Shown: positions 62,745 to 64,000 of the stretch, piece by piece | Layout: each line of letters opens with the position of its first letter | How positions within the stretch are numbered: position 1 is the first letter of the stretch | NCBI GenBank assembly: GCA_032249235.1 | Contig: JAVVGF010000001.1 | Span: 5,925-69,924, forward strand | Origin: Thermoproteota archaeon | GTDB lineage: Archaea > Thermoproteota > Thermoprotei > Gearchaeales > Gearchaeaceae | Reading direction: 5' to 3' | Length of the DNA: 64,000 nucleotides | Position numbers and translations under genes: made by a program | Notes under the pieces: model-generated | Told to the model about the DNA's origin: nothing | Database searches by the model: none | What the model saw: the letters and a program-made list of their open reading frames with translations, nothing else

Positions 62745-63151
62745 TGTCGCAAATTGTAATCGCTACAGGGAAAAGGAAAACTGCAGTAGCTAGGGCATAT
62801 TTGAAATATCCTGGAAGAGGAAGGATTTTGATAAACAAAAAGCCTTTAGAATTAATTGAACCTTGGCTTGTTAGGAATACGATAGAAGAACCTTTATTAT
62901 TTATTAGCGATCAATTAAGATCTTCTATAGATATTATTGTTAACGTCAAAGGAGGAGGTGTTATGGGTCAAGCCCAAGCTACTAGAATGGCTATAGCAAA
63001 TGCTTTAGTTCAATTCACAAAATCAGAGGAGCTTAGGCAAGCTTATTTAGCTTATAATCCTGCTCTTTTGAAAGGTGATCCTAGACAAGTTGAACCTAAA
63101 AAGCCAAGAGGCAAAAAAGCAAGAGCTAAAAGGCAGAAATCTTATAGATAA
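62744..63151 (+). CDS. rps9: ribosomal protein S9 (uS9)
   Basis: 135 aa. GKRKTAVARAYL, VKGGGVMGQAQA, C-terminal KPRGKKARAKRQKSYR. Confidence 0.9.
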   Translation: MSQIVIATGKRKTAVARAYLKYPGRGRILINKKPLELIEPWLVRNTIEEPLLFISDQLRSSIDIIVNVKGGGVMGQAQATRMAIANALVQFTKSEELRQAYLAYNPALLKGDPRQVEPKKPRGKKARAKRQKSYR

Positions 63152-63154
63152 AAT

Positions 63155-63427
63155 ATGCTAGTACCTGTTAGATGTTTTACATGTGGTTATCCAATTGCAA
63201 GATTTTGGGATGAATATAAAAGAAGAGTAAGTAATGGAGAGCAGCCTGGAGATGTTTTGGACAGTCTTGGAATTAAAAGATATTGTTGTAGAAGGATGTT
63301 TCTCTCAACTTATGAATATATTGATGAATTTTTAATCTATTTCAGACCTCAAGAAGTAAAAGAAGCTAGTGTTAAGCAATTCCGTGAGGAAGCAGAAACG
63401 AGGAGGAGAAGAAGGAAAGAAAGTTGA
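63155..63427 (+). CDS. rpoN: RNA polymerase subunit N (Rpo10) with 27-aa charged C-terminal tail
   Basis: 90 aa. PVRCFTCGYPI...KRYCCRRMFLS zinc motif. The usual protein ends near residue 63; here it continues RPQEVKEASVKQFREEAETRRRRRKES. Confidence 0.9.
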   Translation: MLVPVRCFTCGYPIARFWDEYKRRVSNGEQPGDVLDSLGIKRYCCRRMFLSTYEYIDEFLIYFRPQEVKEASVKQFREEAETRRRRRKES

Positions 63428-64000
63428 CTGCTATTAAAGACATAAATTTAAGAATAATTTTTGATAGTAGAGGAGATAAAACTGTAGAAGCTGAAGTAAT
63501 TACAGAAGAATCAAGAGGAATAGCTTCTTGTCCTTCTGGTGCTAGTAAAAGTAGTTATGAAGTTGAAACTATACCAAAAAGAGGTTTAGAAGAAGCAATT
63601 AAAGATTTTATAAGAAACGTTAAACCAAAACTTTTAGGACTTGATTCGAGTAATCAAGAGGAAATCGATAAAATTTTATTGGAAAGCGACGGCACGCAAA
63701 GATTAGAAAATTACGGAGCAGCTATAATTTTGTCAGTATCAATTGCAAATTTAAAAGCAGCATCTATTGCAATCAACAAGAAAGTCTTTGAAAAGTTAAA
63801 TGAAAAAGATCAATATTCTTTACCTTTACCTATAGGTAATATTATTGGTGGAGGTAAGCATGCAAAAGGTAGATCAATAGACATTCAGGAAATATTAGTT
63901 TTTTGTAATAATGCAAACAATATAAGTGAAGCAATAGAAGCCAACATTCTAATGCATAGAAAACTTTTCAAATTATTGTCCATTAATGACCCATATTTTG
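63424..64000 (+). CDS. eno: enolase-like protein, N-terminal part (runs off window; absent from ORF track)
   Basis: My translation from TTG 63424 (overlaps the rpoN TGA): LTAIKDINLRIIFDSRGDKTVEAEVITEESRGIASCPSGASKSSYEV...NIIGGGKHAKGRSIDIQEILVF. Colinear with the enolase N-domain and in the conserved position after rpoN. Confidence 0.75.
   Translation, partial: MTAIKDINLRIIFDSRGDKTVEAEVITEESRGIASCPSGASKSSYEVETIPKRGLEEAIKDFIRNVKPKLLGLDSSNQEEIDKILLESDGTQRLENYGAAIILSVSIANLKAASIAINKKVFEKLNEKDQYSLPLPIGNIIGGGKHAKGRSIDIQEILVFCNNANNISEAIEANILMHRKLFKLLSINDPYF

Overview
AT-rich (roughly 30-33% G+C by eye, not computed), very gene-dense archaeal chromosomal segment. It holds about 80 protein genes and two tRNAs. 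My tally of gaps between ORF coordinates gives only about 2 kb (about 3%) non-coding, with many start/stop overlaps and convergent 3' overlaps.

Content is almost entirely core:
- the archaeal exosome/proteasome superoperon (RNase P Pop5 and Rpp30, UPF0201, PsmA, SBDS, Rrp4/41/42, L37Ae, Brix, Pcc1, prefoldin beta);
- an rpoD-L18e-L13-S9-rpoN-eno cluster;
- aIF2beta/NMD3/aIF1A/Rio/KH genes, topoisomerase VI B+A and MetRS;
- glycine cleavage T and P, the HMG-CoA synthase/thiolase/DUF35 trio, split MetE, and IMP/GMP enzymes;
- H+-pyrophosphatase and an ECF transporter module;
- thiamine genes with a ThiR-like regulator;
- a Rieske/cytochrome b operon and heme O synthase.

I saw no CRISPR array, transposase, integrase or rRNA. 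Short XPF, a SoxL/SoxN-like operon, split MetE and a ThiN-domain regulator look TACK/Thermoproteota-like. GC-rich tRNA stems in an AT-rich background and Lys/Glu/Ile-rich proteins suggest a thermophile. I cannot assign a taxon.

The best candidate for something unusual is the 557-aa type I membrane glycoprotein at 34578-36251. By eye it aligns colinearly with eukaryotic ribophorin I (OST1/RPN1), including a cytosolic helical tail. Secondary leads:
- a tightly coupled Rieske/cytochrome b/two mini-membrane-protein/DsrE-like operon, with a possible His-to-Lys heme ligand change;
- an unassigned PurM-like enzyme plus methyltransferase in the putative ThiR-controlled thiE operon;
- a Pol-beta nucleotidyltransferase/OB-fold gene coupled to gcvT;
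- one outlier 309-nt AT-rich gap.

All family calls come from motif recognition by eye. No searches were run.
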